Assembly: GCA_049325335.1 (NCBI GenBank) | Contig: JBMOMC010000001.1 | Span: forward strand, 1-64,000 | Origin: Nitrospirota bacterium | GTDB taxonomy: Bacteria > Nitrospirota > Nitrospiria > 2-01-FULL-66-17 | DNA length: 64,000 nucleotides | Reading direction: 5' to 3' | Shown: piece by piece, positions 11,360-21,900 of the stretch | Position numbering within the stretch: position 1 is the first letter of the stretch | Layout: each line of letters opens with the position of its first letter | Position numbers and translations under genes: made by a program | Notes under the pieces: model-generated | Told to the model about the DNA's origin: nothing | Database searches by the model: none | Seen by the model: the letters and a program-made list of their open reading frames with translations, nothing else

Positions 11360-12505
11360 GTGGAATACTCTCCCGGTCTGGCAGGCGTTCCCGCAGCGCG
11401 TTCGAAAGTGAGCTACCTCGACGGTCCGAAGGGGCTCCTCGCGTACCGCGGGGTGCCGATCGACGTCTTGGCCAAACACAGCACGTTCGTGGAAACCGCG
11501 TACCTGCTCGTGTTCGGGGACCTACCCACGCGGCCCATGCTGGATCGGTTCCAGGCGGACCTGATCGCGCACCGTCAAATTAAGTTTCGCATCACGGACT
11601 TGATGAAGTGTCTGCCGGAAACCGGTCATCCGATGGACGCGCTCCAGGCGGCCGTAGCCGCGCTGGGCATGTTCTACCCGGCCAAAAACGTCCGCGACCC
11701 GGAGGTCCAATACAACTCGGCCGTGCGTTTGCTGGCCAAACTCCCCACGATCGTCGCGGCCTACTCACGCATGCGACGGGGCGACAACCCGATTCCGCCG
11801 CAGGACGACCTGGATCACGCCTCCAACTTCCTGTACATGCTCACCGGCAGAGTGCCGGACCCGTTGATCGCGCACGTATTGGACGTCTGTTTGATCCTGC
11901 ACGCCGAACACACCATGAACGCCTCCACATTTTCGGGGTTGGTCACGGCTTCCACGCTCGCGGACGCGTACACCGTGGTGTCCTCCGCGATCGGCACGTT
12001 GATGGGCCCCTTGCACGGCGGCGCGAACGAGGAAGTCCTGCTCATGCTGCGGGAAATCGGCAAACCCGAGAACGCCCGCGCGTACGTGGAACGGCAACTC
12101 AGCTCGGGCGGCAAAGTGATGGGGCTCGGGCACCGCGAATACAAGGTCAAGGACCCGCGCGCCGTGATTCTCCAATCGTTGGCCAAGGAGCTGTTCGCCA
12201 AATTCGGAAAGTCGCCGCTATACGAAGTGGCGGAATACGTGGAGCGCGCCGCATTGGATCTGCTGGCCAAGAAGGGCGTGTACCCCAATGTGGACTTTTA
12301 CTCCGGAATCGTGTACCAGAAGATGGGGCTCGAACCGGACTTCTTCACGCCGGTGTTCGCGATGGCGCGGGTGGCGGGGTGGCTCGCCCACTGGGTCGAG
12401 CAGCTCCACGACAACCATATCTTCCGCCCGACCGAAATCTACGACGGGGTGATGAATCGGCCGTACACCCCCGTCGAGCAACGGGCGGCGCAACAAGCGG
12501 TCTGA
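11360..12505 (+). CDS. gltA: citrate synthase
   Basis: HAEH, GPLHGGANE, GLGHREYK, PNVDFYSG; AAAGGAG before GTG. Confidence 0.93.
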   Translation: MEYSPGLAGVPAARSKVSYLDGPKGLLAYRGVPIDVLAKHSTFVETAYLLVFGDLPTRPMLDRFQADLIAHRQIKFRITDLMKCLPETGHPMDALQAAVAALGMFYPAKNVRDPEVQYNSAVRLLAKLPTIVAAYSRMRRGDNPIPPQDDLDHASNFLYMLTGRVPDPLIAHVLDVCLILHAEHTMNASTFSGLVTASTLADAYTVVSSAIGTLMGPLHGGANEEVLLMLREIGKPENARAYVERQLSSGGKVMGLGHREYKVKDPRAVILQSLAKELFAKFGKSPLYEVAEYVERAALDLLAKKGVYPNVDFYSGIVYQKMGLEPDFFTPVFAMARVAGWLAHWVEQLHDNHIFRPTEIYDGVMNRPYTPVEQRAAQQAV

Positions 12506-12586
12506 CGCATTCGTCGCGCCGTTTACGCGGTGACTGAATGAGGGCTCGGTCTTCGGAGCAACGACGAACCACGGAGGGGTGATCCG

Positions 12587-13177
12587 ATGAAGAGATCCCG
12601 ATCAGCGGCTTCGAAGAAACGAACGACTGCGGTATCTAGAAAACCGACGACGCCCAAGAAGTCTCGATCGTCTGCGGCGAGTCGTCGAACCGCAAAGAAA
12701 GCCGTCTCGCGCACGGCAAAGAAGAACACCGCCGCAACGCGAACACCCGCGAAGAAAACGACCGCGCGCAAGCCGGCCCCAAAGCGTGCTCGCGCGGCCA
12801 CACCCACACCGCGAGCGAAGGCAACGCCCACCCGTCGAACCGCGACGAAAAAGCCGGCGACGACGCGCGTTGCCCGAACGCCAAAGGTCGCGCCGGCCGC
12901 CGCGCCGGTTCAGACGGTTCCGGCCAATGAATTAAAGGTCGGGGTGGTCACGCACTACTACTCCCACCTCGCGGTGGCGGTGGTGTCGCTCACGGACCGG
13001 GGCCTTCGCGTCGGGGACCGCATTCACATCAAGGGCCATACCAGCGACTTCTACCAACCCGTGGACTCGCTGCACATCGAACATGAATCCGTGACAGCGT
13101 CGGACCGGGGACGGGCCGTGGGCATGAAGGTCACGGACCATGCCCGCGAACACGACACGGTCTACGTCGTGACGTAG
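12587..13177 (+). CDS. histone H1-like K/R/A/T/P-rich region fused to a translation-factor-like beta-barrel
   Basis: About 110 aa basic low-complexity N-terminus; VGVVTHYY...LRVGDRIHIKGHTSDF C-domain. Confidence 0.75.
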   Translation: MKRSRSAASKKRTTAVSRKPTTPKKSRSSAASRRTAKKAVSRTAKKNTAATRTPAKKTTARKPAPKRARAATPTPRAKATPTRRTATKKPATTRVARTPKVAPAAAPVQTVPANELKVGVVTHYYSHLAVAVVSLTDRGLRVGDRIHIKGHTSDFYQPVDSLHIEHESVTASDRGRAVGMKVTDHAREHDTVYVVT

Positions 13178-13192
13178 ACCGAGGGGCGCGCG

Positions 13193-13846
13193 TTATCCCG
13201 GTTTCGTCCGACGCCGCAACACGTAGGCGGCAAGGCGAGCCGACTCCTCCGAGGCAAGTCGCCCCCACTGCACCCCGTACACCGGGCCCACCTCCCTGGG
13301 ATACCGGATGGTGTACATATTGCGCACCGTGCCCGACGCCACGATCGGCTTGTGATCGTCAAATGTCAGTTCCAACCGCGGCACGGTGTGCCCAACCGCG
13401 AACGAGGTCGCGTGCGGCGACGAAAAGGCCAACCCGCCCTCGCTGAGATTGTGGACCTCCGCCGGAAACCACTCGCCGGAGGCGGTCACGGCCACACGCA
13501 GCTTCGCCTCGCCCGCCGGGTCCACCCGGTGATGGACCCGGCGATCCACCTGGTGCATTTCGGTCGGATACCGGATCAGGAACACCGGGAGCGGATCGGA
13601 TTGCCGGCGGACGATCAGCGACGCGAATTCGTACAACACCTTGTCGATGACTACCCGCACCCGCACGACCGCCGCCGCGCGCGGCGCGTCTCCCGAGATC
13701 ACATCGAGCACGAGGCTTTCGGCGTCCTGCACGCGTCGCGAGCCGGAAAGTCGTCCCGTACACGACGCGCCCTGGCCGTCGAACAGCAACTCGCACGGAA
13801 GGCGCTGGCTGATCATCCGCTCCAGCGATTTTCTGACATCATCCAT
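13193..13846 (-). CDS. PilZ-domain (YcgR-like) c-di-GMP receptor
   Basis: RxxxR (RVHHR) and NxSxGG (NLSEGG) motifs. Confidence 0.85.
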   Translation of the reverse strand: MDDVRKSLERMISQRLPCELLFDGQGASCTGRLSGSRRVQDAESLVLDVISGDAPRAAAVVRVRVVIDKVLYEFASLIVRRQSDPLPVFLIRYPTEMHQVDRRVHHRVDPAGEAKLRVAVTASGEWFPAEVHNLSEGGLAFSSPHATSFAVGHTVPRLELTFDDHKPIVASGTVRNMYTIRYPREVGPVYGVQWGRLASEESARLAAYVLRRRTKPG

Positions 13847-13898
13847 CCCACACTCCTTTCGCAGGCCACACCCGGATCCGTCCCATGCTCACGGCCGA

Positions 13899-15029
13899 TC
13901 AACTCGTCACGATTTTCGTCCGCCTTCGATCAATGACGCGAAATAACGGACTTTCGTACCCGCCGCGCTCCATGATTTCCCGCAAGGTGGGCACTCGATC
14001 CAGCAGCGGGCCCCGCTTGGGGCGCCACGCAGGGGAGCAACGTTGGTTGGCGAGCGCGAGCCACTCACGGAGTGGCCGCGTCACGCCCCCCGTGTCTGCG
14101 CCGAACCCCAGCCGGCACGGCACGCGCCGTTCGCAATCGGTATCCGCGAACAGCGTCGCCTTGAGACGCTCCGTGGTGACCGCGCCCGGCGCATCCACCA
14201 CGATCCGCACGCGATCCGGCGTTGACTGGTCCTCCAGTTGGGTCAGGGTGAGCCGGCCTCGTTTGGCCAAGTCCCGAATCTGGCCAAGCACCGCGGCGAT
14301 CAAGACCCCGGGCGGAAGCGAGGTGATCGCCACGCGGGTCCGGAACCCTTGTAGCTCCTCGTCGATGTCCGCGCGCAACACCAAGGTCTCGGCCCCGGTT
14401 TCATACAACCGTCGGACCGCCTCCACGCCCCAAATCACTCCGCCGGAGGGAAAGTCCGGTCCCGGCATCACCGCCATCAGGTCATCCAGCGATTCGTCCG
14501 GATCTTGCCGGACGTGTTCCATCGCGGTCCACAGTTCCGACAGATTGTGCGACGGAATCATGGGCGCGCCGTCGAGGCGGCCGTTGAGCAATCCCAGCGG
14601 CAACAACGGCGGGCGATCCAGCGGCAACACCGTATCGGACACCTTGGACGCGCTCACGCTCACCAAATCGGGCCCGCCGGGATCATCGTCGTGATGATCT
14701 CCGATCATGCCCGCGGCGTCCAACAGCGGATACCGCGCGCGCCACGGTTGCGTCAGGCGCAGCAGCGTTCGGTAGACGTGCCCGACCGTACCGGGAAGAT
14801 ACTCCTGCCGCACGTGCGCCGAGACGTCGTCGCACGCGGCCTCCACGTCGTCGGGGTCGAGCCCCAACTCGCGGGTGCAGAACACGGTCACCACCCGTTT
14901 CGCATCGATCCGGTCGTGCGGCTCGTCCACGAGTTCGTGAACCACGTGCAGGAGTCGGCGGGTCTCCGGCGTGCATCCGTCCAACAGGTCGATCGGCGCG
15001 GACGCGCCCAACAGCGTCATGCCGGACAT
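13899..15029 (-). CDS. divergent, truncated GyrA/ParC-like protein lacking the catalytic Tyr
   Basis: DGCTPETRRLL, RYPLLD, LLNG, IPSHNLSE, PGPDFPSGG, LYETG, ITSLP, DRRRTKI echo GyrA N-terminal motifs. Confidence 0.8.
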   Translation of the reverse strand: MSGMTLLGASAPIDLLDGCTPETRRLLHVVHELVDEPHDRIDAKRVVTVFCTRELGLDPDDVEAACDDVSAHVRQEYLPGTVGHVYRTLLRLTQPWRARYPLLDAAGMIGDHHDDDPGGPDLVSVSASKVSDTVLPLDRPPLLPLGLLNGRLDGAPMIPSHNLSELWTAMEHVRQDPDESLDDLMAVMPGPDFPSGGVIWGVEAVRRLYETGAETLVLRADIDEELQGFRTRVAITSLPPGVLIAAVLGQIRDLAKRGRLTLTQLEDQSTPDRVRIVVDAPGAVTTERLKATLFADTDCERRVPCRLGFGADTGGVTRPLREWLALANQRCSPAWRPKRGPLLDRVPTLREIMERGGYESPLFRVIDRRRTKIVTS

Positions 15030-15068
15030 GACCCCGCGGCCTCGCGGGCACGGCCCGCGCACGCGTGC

Positions 15069-15272
15069 TTAGAGGGGTTGTGCGTCATACCCGGCCTGCT
15101 TGATCGCCGCCACCAAGGTCGCCACGTCCGCCCGAACGTCGTACAGGACCGACGCCACTTCGTCCTCCGCGAACACCTCCGCGTCCACGACCCCTTCCAT
15201 GTCGCGAAGCGTCTTCGTGAGCAACGCGGCCTGCTCGTCGGTGATGTCCGGAACTCGGATAAACGCTCTCAC
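15069..15272 (-). CDS. HMA/CopZ-like fold protein without CxxC
   Basis: L..MEGVVDAEV....ASVLYD....LVAAIKQAGYDA pattern; GTG start inferred. Confidence 0.65.
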   Translation of the reverse strand: MRAFIRVPDITDEQAALLTKTLRDMEGVVDAEVFAEDEVASVLYDVRADVATLVAAIKQAGYDAQPL

Positions 15273-15373
15273 GATCCCCGTACGCGCGACATGGAGCGTA
15301 ACTATAGTCAATCCCCCCCGCGCCATGCAAGGTGCTGGACGCTCGCTCCGCGCGCGCGTTACACTGCTTCGCC

Positions 15374-16069
15374 ATGTGGATCAACCTGCAGCGCGAGATC
15401 ACCGGCTGCGCCACCTGTCCCCGACTGGTCGCGTACCGGGAACGCGTGGCAACAGAGAAGCGCCGTCAGTACCGCCACGAGACGTACTGGGGGCGTCCGC
15501 TGCCCGCGTTCGGCAATCCGGACGCCCGACTCGTGATCATCGGATTGGCGCCGGCCGCGCACGGGGGCAATCGCACTGGACGGATGTTTACCGGTGATTC
15601 GAGCGGTCTGTGGTTGGCCCGCGCGCTCCATCAATCGGGATTCGCCAATCAACCCACGTCGGAACGTCGCGACGACGGACTGACCCTCCACGACGCGCTG
15701 ATCACGGCCGCGGTGCGCTGCGCGCCGCCCGATAATAAACCCACGCCGGCGGAGTTTGCGGCCTGCCGCCCGTTCCTGATCCGCGAGCTCGAACTACTGA
15801 AGGGGGCCGCAGTTGTGGTGGCGCTGGGCAAACTCGCGTTCGACGCGTACCTGACCGCGCGCTCGGACATGGGACGGAGCGTGCCCAAACCCCGACCCGC
15901 GTTCGGCCACGGAGCCGCGCACGCATTCCCCGACGGCGTGACGCTCATCGCGTCGTACCACCCCAGTCGACAAAACACCCAAACCGGCAGACTCACGGCC
16001 GCCATGCTCTCCCGCGTGTTCCGTTCCGCTCGCCGCGTACTGGATCAACCCCGCGGACGACGCCGATGA
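15374..16069 (+). CDS. uracil-DNA glycosylase family 5 (UdgB-like)
   Basis: [46 protein letters not shown]. Confidence 0.92.
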   Translation: MWINLQREITGCATCPRLVAYRERVATEKRRQYRHETYWGRPLPAFGNPDARLVIIGLAPAAHGGNRTGRMFTGDSSGLWLARALHQSGFANQPTSERRDDGLTLHDALITAAVRCAPPDNKPTPAEFAACRPFLIRELELLKGAAVVVALGKLAFDAYLTARSDMGRSVPKPRPAFGHGAAHAFPDGVTLIASYHPSRQNTQTGRLTAAMLSRVFRSARRVLDQPRGRRR

Positions 16070-18750
16070 CACCGAGCACGGCGCAAACCGCGGAGGCCAC
16101 GCGCCTGGCGGACGACGAGTCTCGCGCGGCGAATTGGAAACGGTGGGGTCCGTATCTCGCCGAGCGCGCGTGGGGCACGGTGCGGGAAGACTACAGCGCC
16201 CGCGGATCGTTCTGGGAGTATTTCCCGCACGATCACGCGCGCTCCCGCGCGTATCGATGGACCGAAGACGGCCTGGCGGGGTTCTGCGACCGCCACCAGT
16301 ACATCTGTTTCGCCCTGGCACTCTGGAATGAACGCGACCCGATCCTCAAGGAACGGCTCTTCGGACTGACCGGCAACGAAGGCAACCACGGCGAAGACGT
16401 CAAGGAATACTACTTCTACCTGGACTCGACCCCGACGCACTCGTACATGCGCGCGCTCTACAAGTATCCGCAGGCCGCGTTCCCGTATGACCGGCTGGTG
16501 GCGGAGAATCGCCGCCGTGGGCGATCACATCCCGAGTTTGAATTGATCGAGACCGGCGTGTTCGACGCAGACCGCTACTTCGACGTGTTCGTCGAATACG
16601 CCAAATCCGCGCCAGACGATCTGTTGATCCGGATCACCGCGGTCAATCGAGGCCCCGAGGCCGCGCCGCTTCACCTCCTGCCCACCGTCTGGTTTCGCAA
16701 CACCTGGTCCTGGGGACTCGATGTCCGGCTGCCCAATCTCCGCCGGGTTGACGCCGCCTCCGATACCCGGATCATCGCGCTGCGGCATCACTACTACGAC
16801 CGGCGGTGGCTCGCGTGCGACGGCGAGCCCGACCTACTGTTCACCGACAACAACACGAACCTCCGCCGGCTGTTCGGCGTCGAGAACCCCACGCCCTACG
16901 TCAAGGACGGGATCAATGACGCAATCGTCTCGGGCCGACGCGATGCGGTGAATCCCAGGCCCACCGGGACCAAGGCCGCGGCCCGCTACCCGATCACGCT
17001 CGGGCCCGGCGCGTCCACCACCATCAGGCTCCGGCTGACCGACCAGGAGCCCGTCGGCGACCGCCCGCTGTTCGGAGCGGACTTTGAACGGATCGTGCAC
17101 ACGCGCCGGCGCGAGGCGGAGGCGTTTTACGCCGGGATCATTCCCGCCGGCGCGTCGGATGACGCCGGGAACGTGATGCGGCAGGCGTTCGCCGGCATGT
17201 TATGGAGCAAACAGTTCTACCACTACGACGTGACTCGCTGGCTCCGCGGCGATCCGGCCGGCCCGGACCCGCCGGCGGAGCGACTGCTCGGCCGCAATCA
17301 CGAATGGCGGCACCTGCACAACGCGGACGTGGTCTCGATGCCCGACAAGTGGGAGTACCCCTGGTACGCGGCGTGGGACCTCGCGTTTCATTGCATCCCG
17401 CTGGCGTTGGTGGACCCCCGGTTCGCCAAGGACCAACTCCTCTTATTTCTGCGTGAGTGGTACATGCACCCCAACGGCCAGTTACCGGCCTACGAGGGCG
17501 CGCTGGGCGACGTGAATCCTCCGGTCCATGCCTGGGCCGCCTGGCGGGTCTATAAGATCGAAAAGAAACATTGGGGCCGAGCGGATCGCCGCTTCTTGGA
17601 GCGCGTGTTCCACAAACTCCTGCTGAATTTTACGTGGTGGGTCAATCGTAAGGACGCGGCGGGCCGGAACGTGTTCCAGGGCGGGTTTTTGGGATTGGAC
17701 AACATCGGCGTGTTCGACCGCAGTGTGTCGTTCCCCGGGGGCGGACACATCGAGCAATCGGACGCCACGAGCTGGATGGGCATGTATTGCCTCAACATGC
17801 TGGCCATCGCGTTGGAGCTCGCCCGCGAGAACTCGGCCTACGAAGACGTGGCCACCAAGTTCTTCGAACACTTCGTCTACATCTGCAGGGCTATGAACGA
17901 TCGCGGCGGATCAGGGGTGGGCCTCTGGGACCCGGAGGACGCATTCTATTACGACGTGCTCCAACAACCCGGCCGCCGTCCGTTCCCGCTCAAACTCCGG
18001 TCCATGGTCGGTTTGATCCCGCTCTTCGCGGTCGAGACGCTGGACTCGGACACGGTGGACCGCGTGCCCGGGTTCAAACGCCGGCTGCAGTGGTTCATCG
18101 AACACCGGCCGGATCTGGCCGATCACGTGGAAACGCGCACCAAGGCCGACGGCCACATGCACCGCTTCCTGTCCCTGGTCAATCGCGACCGCCTAGCCGC
18201 GGTGTTGCGCACCCTGTTGGACGAAGGCGAGTTCCTGTCGCCCTACGGGATCCGCTCGCTGTCGGCCTGCCACCGCGACCGGCCTTACCGCCTGCAGTGC
18301 GACGGCATCGAACATCATGTGGCGTACGACCCGGCGGAATCACGCTCCGGATTGTTCGGCGGCAACTCCAACTGGCGAGGCCCGGTCTGGTTTCCGGTCA
18401 ATTTCTTGCTTATCGAGTCGCTGCAAAAGTTCCACTACTTTTTGGGCGATACGTACACGGTCGAGTGCCCTTCGGGGTCGGGCAAGTTGATGACGCTCCG
18501 GGACGTCGGCGCAGAGCTCTCGCAACGGCTGACCCGGATCTTCCTCCGAGGCGCCGACGGTCTGCGCCCGGTGTACGGAGACCACGACACGTTCCAGCGC
18601 AACCCCCACTGGCGAGACCTCCTGCTGTTTTACGAATACTTCCACGGCGACCGCGGCACAGGGCTTGGCGCCAGCCATCAAACCGGCTGGACCGGCCTTG
18701 TGGCCAAACTCCTCCAACAGCTCGGCGACCGACCGCCCTCGCGGGCCTGA
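16066..18750 (+). CDS. GH63/MGH1-like glucosidase
   Basis: [56 protein letters not shown]. Confidence 0.88.
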   Translation: MTPSTAQTAEATRLADDESRAANWKRWGPYLAERAWGTVREDYSARGSFWEYFPHDHARSRAYRWTEDGLAGFCDRHQYICFALALWNERDPILKERLFGLTGNEGNHGEDVKEYYFYLDSTPTHSYMRALYKYPQAAFPYDRLVAENRRRGRSHPEFELIETGVFDADRYFDVFVEYAKSAPDDLLIRITAVNRGPEAAPLHLLPTVWFRNTWSWGLDVRLPNLRRVDAASDTRIIALRHHYYDRRWLACDGEPDLLFTDNNTNLRRLFGVENPTPYVKDGINDAIVSGRRDAVNPRPTGTKAAARYPITLGPGASTTIRLRLTDQEPVGDRPLFGADFERIVHTRRREAEAFYAGIIPAGASDDAGNVMRQAFAGMLWSKQFYHYDVTRWLRGDPAGPDPPAERLLGRNHEWRHLHNADVVSMPDKWEYPWYAAWDLAFHCIPLALVDPRFAKDQLLLFLREWYMHPNGQLPAYEGALGDVNPPVHAWAAWRVYKIEKKHWGRADRRFLERVFHKLLLNFTWWVNRKDAAGRNVFQGGFLGLDNIGVFDRSVSFPGGGHIEQSDATSWMGMYCLNMLAIALELARENSAYEDVATKFFEHFVYICRAMNDRGGSGVGLWDPEDAFYYDVLQQPGRRPFPLKLRSMVGLIPLFAVETLDSDTVDRVPGFKRRLQWFIEHRPDLADHVETRTKADGHMHRFLSLVNRDRLAAVLRTLLDEGEFLSPYGIRSLSACHRDRPYRLQCDGIEHHVAYDPAESRSGLFGGNSNWRGPVWFPVNFLLIESLQKFHYFLGDTYTVECPSGSGKLMTLRDVGAELSQRLTRIFLRGADGLRPVYGDHDTFQRNPHWRDLLLFYEYFHGDRGTGLGASHQTGWTGLVAKLLQQLGDRPPSRA

Positions 18751-18752
18751 TA

Positions 18753-21700
18753 TCAGCCGGCAACGGTGTCGCCGTCCGTTGATTCGGGCAGCGACCGGCC
18801 CCGCCACCACGCGTAGATCACGGGAATCACGACCAGGGTGAGCAGCGTTGACGTGACCATCCCCCCGATCATGGGCGCGGCGATACGCTTCATCACGTCG
18901 GCGCCCGCGCCCCGGCTCCACATAATCGGCAGGAGGCCGAAGAGGATCGCGGAGACCGTCATCACCTTGGGCCGCACGCGCAGCACGGCGCCTTCGATCA
19001 CCGCGTCCAGCAATTCAGCGTGCGTGCGCAACCGTCCCTCGCGCCGTCGACGGTGGAAGGCTTCGTCGAGGTAGATGAGCATGATCACCCCCGTCTCCGC
19101 AGCCACGCCGGCCAGCGCAATGATCCCCACCCAGACCGCGACGCTGAGGTTGTAGTGAAGCATCCCCAGTAAGAGCACGCTCCCGACCACCGCGAAGGGG
19201 ATCGATAGGAGCACGATCAGCGTCTGCGCCACCGAACGAAAATTGAGATAGAGCAACACAAAGACGAGGAGCAGGGTGATCGGCACCACGATCTTCATCC
19301 GCTCTTGCGCGCGCAGCAGGTACTCGTACGATCCGGCCCAGACCAAGGACGTCCCGGTGGGGAGCGTGACCCGTTCGGCGACTCGGTGTTTGGCGTCTTG
19401 CACGTAGCCGGCGAGATCGCGCCCCGCGACATCAACGTAGACGATGCCCGCGAGCGAGCCGTTCTCGTCCCGGACCATCGAGGGCCCCATCGTGACGGTA
19501 AGACTCGCCAGTTGGGCGAGGGGAACCGTGGCTCCGCCGGGCGTGGGCACGAGCACATGTTTGAGGCTCTCCGGGTCCTCGCGCAGGGCGCGCGCGTACC
19601 GGACGTTGACCGGATACCGCTCACGACCCTCCACCGTGGTGGTGACGTTGACGCCGCCGATCGCGGCTTCGATCACGTGTTCGACGTCGCCGACCGTCAG
19701 GTTATACCGCGCGGCCCGTTGTCGGTCGACCGCGATGTCGAGGTAGTAGCCGCCGGTGACCCGTTCGGCAAACGCGCTGCGCGTGCCGGGAAGATCGGCC
19801 AACGCGCCTTCGATGGCTTGGCCGACGCGGTCGATCTCCGTCAGATCACGACCGAGGATCTTAATGCCCACCGCACTGCGCACGCCCGTGGCCAGCATCT
19901 CGGTGCGGGTCTGGATCGGCATCCACCAGATGTTGGGCATCCCGGGAAAGTGGACCAGCCGATCCATCTCGGCGATGAGGCCGTCCCATGTCATCCCGGG
20001 ACGCCACTCGGATTCGGGCTTGAGCGTGATCGTAGTCTCGGCCATGGACAAGGGTGCGGGGTCGGTTGCGGTCTCGGCCCGGCCGATCTTCCCAAACACG
20101 GTGTCCACTTCGGGAATGGTCTTGAGTAACGCGTTCTGCTGCTGGAGGACCTGCGTGGCCTTGGTGATCGAAATTCCCGGGAGCGCGGTGGGCATGTAGA
20201 GGATCGTCCCCTCGTTGAGCGGCGGCATGAACTCCGACCCCAACGAGCGGTAGATGGGGATCGTCGCGACCAGGAGGAGCACGGCCGCGGCCATGACCAC
20301 CACGCCATGACGCAGGGCCACGCGCGCCACGGGGGCGTAGAGCGCGACCAGGGCACGGTTGATCGGGTTCTTGGCGGTGGGGGTGATGTGGCCCCGAATC
20401 AGAGCCACCATGAGCAACGGAACCACCGTGATCGACACGATCGAGGCAAAGAACATCGAGAAGGTCTTGGTGAAGGCGAGCGGCTTGAACAGCCGTCCCT
20501 CCTGCGCCTCCAACGTGAAGACCGGGAGAAACGACACGGTGATGATCAACAGGGAGAAGAACAACGGCCGGCCCAACTCTTTGGCGGCGTCGATGATGAT
20601 CGCGCGGCGCCGGGCGGGGTCGCGCGCGGCGACCGGGTCCTGTTCGAGCCGCTGGTGTGCGCCCTCGATCATCACGATCGCGGCATCGACCATGGCCCCG
20701 ACCGCGATCGCGATCCCGCCCAGCGACATGATGTTTGACGTCAACCCCAAGGCCTGCATCGCAATGAACGAGAGGAACAAGGCGAGCGGCAATGTCAGAA
20801 TGGCGACCAGCGCCGAACGGACATGAAATAGAAAGACGATACTCACTAAGCTGACCACTACCGTGACTTCGACCAGCTTCTCGCGCAGGGTCGCGATGGC
20901 GCGGTGGATCAGGTCGGAGCGGTCGTAGGTGGCGACCACGGAGATGCCCTCCGGAAAGGACGGCTGCAATTCCGCGAGCTTGGCCTTCACCCGGTCGATG
21001 ACCGCGAGCGCGTTTTCGCCGTACCGCATCACGACGACGCCGCCCACCACCTCGCCTTCGCCGTTGAGTTCCACGACCCCGCGGCGCATCTCCGGTCCGA
21101 GCGCGATCGCGGCGACGTCTCGGAGCAGGATCGGCGTGCCGGTCGCGGAGCTTCCCAGCGGCACGACCTGGAGATCCTGGAGCGATTGTAGATAGCCGCG
21201 GCCCCGGATCATGTACTCGCGTTCGCTCATCTCGATCGCGCGCCCGCCCACGTCGTTGTTGCTCATGCGAACCGCGTCGATCACCCGCGTGAGGGGGATG
21301 TGGTAGGCCAGCAGTTTGTTCGGGTCGACCGCGATCTGGTACTGCTTCACGAACCCGCCGACCGACGCCACCTCCGCCACGCCTGGGACCGATTGCAATT
21401 GATAGCGAAGAAACCAATCCTGGAACGATCGCAATTCGGCCAGGTCGTGCCGACCTGTCTTGTCCACCAGTGCGTATTGATACACCCAGCCCACGCCGGT
21501 CGCGTCGGGGCCGAGAATCGGCGTCACCCCTTCGGGCAACCGCCCGCCGATCTTGCTCAGGTATTCGAGCACGCGGCTGCGCGCCCAGTACAGATCGGTC
21601 CGATCCTCGAAGATCACGTAGACGTACGAAAAGCCGAAATCCGAGACGCCCCGCACCGACCGCACGTGCGGGGCCCCGAGCATACTGGTCACGAGCGGAT

Positions 21701-21899
21701 AGGTGATCTGATCTTCGACCAGGTTGGGACTTCGCCCTTCCCAGGTGGTGTAGATGATGACCTGAACGTCCGAGAGATCCGGGAGTGCGTCGACCGGGGT
21801 ATGGATGACCGCCCAGACGCCCCAGAACGACAAGGCGATCGCGGCGAGCCCGAGCAGGAACGGGTTCTTGGCGCTCCACTCGATGATCCGTTGAATCAC
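18753..21899 (-). CDS. cusA: CusA/CzcA-family heavy-metal RND efflux permease
   Basis: DALPDLSDVQV, LGPDATGVGW, EFMPPLNEGTILYMP, DPAPLSM; 1048 aa. Confidence 0.93.
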   Translation of the reverse strand: MIQRIIEWSAKNPFLLGLAAIALSFWGVWAVIHTPVDALPDLSDVQVIIYTTWEGRSPNLVEDQITYPLVTSMLGAPHVRSVRGVSDFGFSYVYVIFEDRTDLYWARSRVLEYLSKIGGRLPEGVTPILGPDATGVGWVYQYALVDKTGRHDLAELRSFQDWFLRYQLQSVPGVAEVASVGGFVKQYQIAVDPNKLLAYHIPLTRVIDAVRMSNNDVGGRAIEMSEREYMIRGRGYLQSLQDLQVVPLGSSATGTPILLRDVAAIALGPEMRRGVVELNGEGEVVGGVVVMRYGENALAVIDRVKAKLAELQPSFPEGISVVATYDRSDLIHRAIATLREKLVEVTVVVSLVSIVFLFHVRSALVAILTLPLALFLSFIAMQALGLTSNIMSLGGIAIAVGAMVDAAIVMIEGAHQRLEQDPVAARDPARRRAIIIDAAKELGRPLFFSLLIITVSFLPVFTLEAQEGRLFKPLAFTKTFSMFFASIVSITVVPLLMVALIRGHITPTAKNPINRALVALYAPVARVALRHGVVVMAAAVLLLVATIPIYRSLGSEFMPPLNEGTILYMPTALPGISITKATQVLQQQNALLKTIPEVDTVFGKIGRAETATDPAPLSMAETTITLKPESEWRPGMTWDGLIAEMDRLVHFPGMPNIWWMPIQTRTEMLATGVRSAVGIKILGRDLTEIDRVGQAIEGALADLPGTRSAFAERVTGGYYLDIAVDRQRAARYNLTVGDVEHVIEAAIGGVNVTTTVEGRERYPVNVRYARALREDPESLKHVLVPTPGGATVPLAQLASLTVTMGPSMVRDENGSLAGIVYVDVAGRDLAGYVQDAKHRVAERVTLPTGTSLVWAGSYEYLLRAQERMKIVVPITLLLVFVLLYLNFRSVAQTLIVLLSIPFAVVGSVLLLGMLHYNLSVAVWVGIIALAGVAAETGVIMLIYLDEAFHRRRREGRLRTHAELLDAVIEGAVLRVRPKVMTVSAILFGLLPIMWSRGAGADVMKRIAAPMIGGMVTSTLLTLVVIPVIYAWWRGRSLPESTDGDTVAG

Positions 21900-21900
21900 G

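Noticed and set aside
13899..15029. Functional gyrA or parC
   Set aside because: Lacks the catalytic RY motif, most of the C-gate and the CTD
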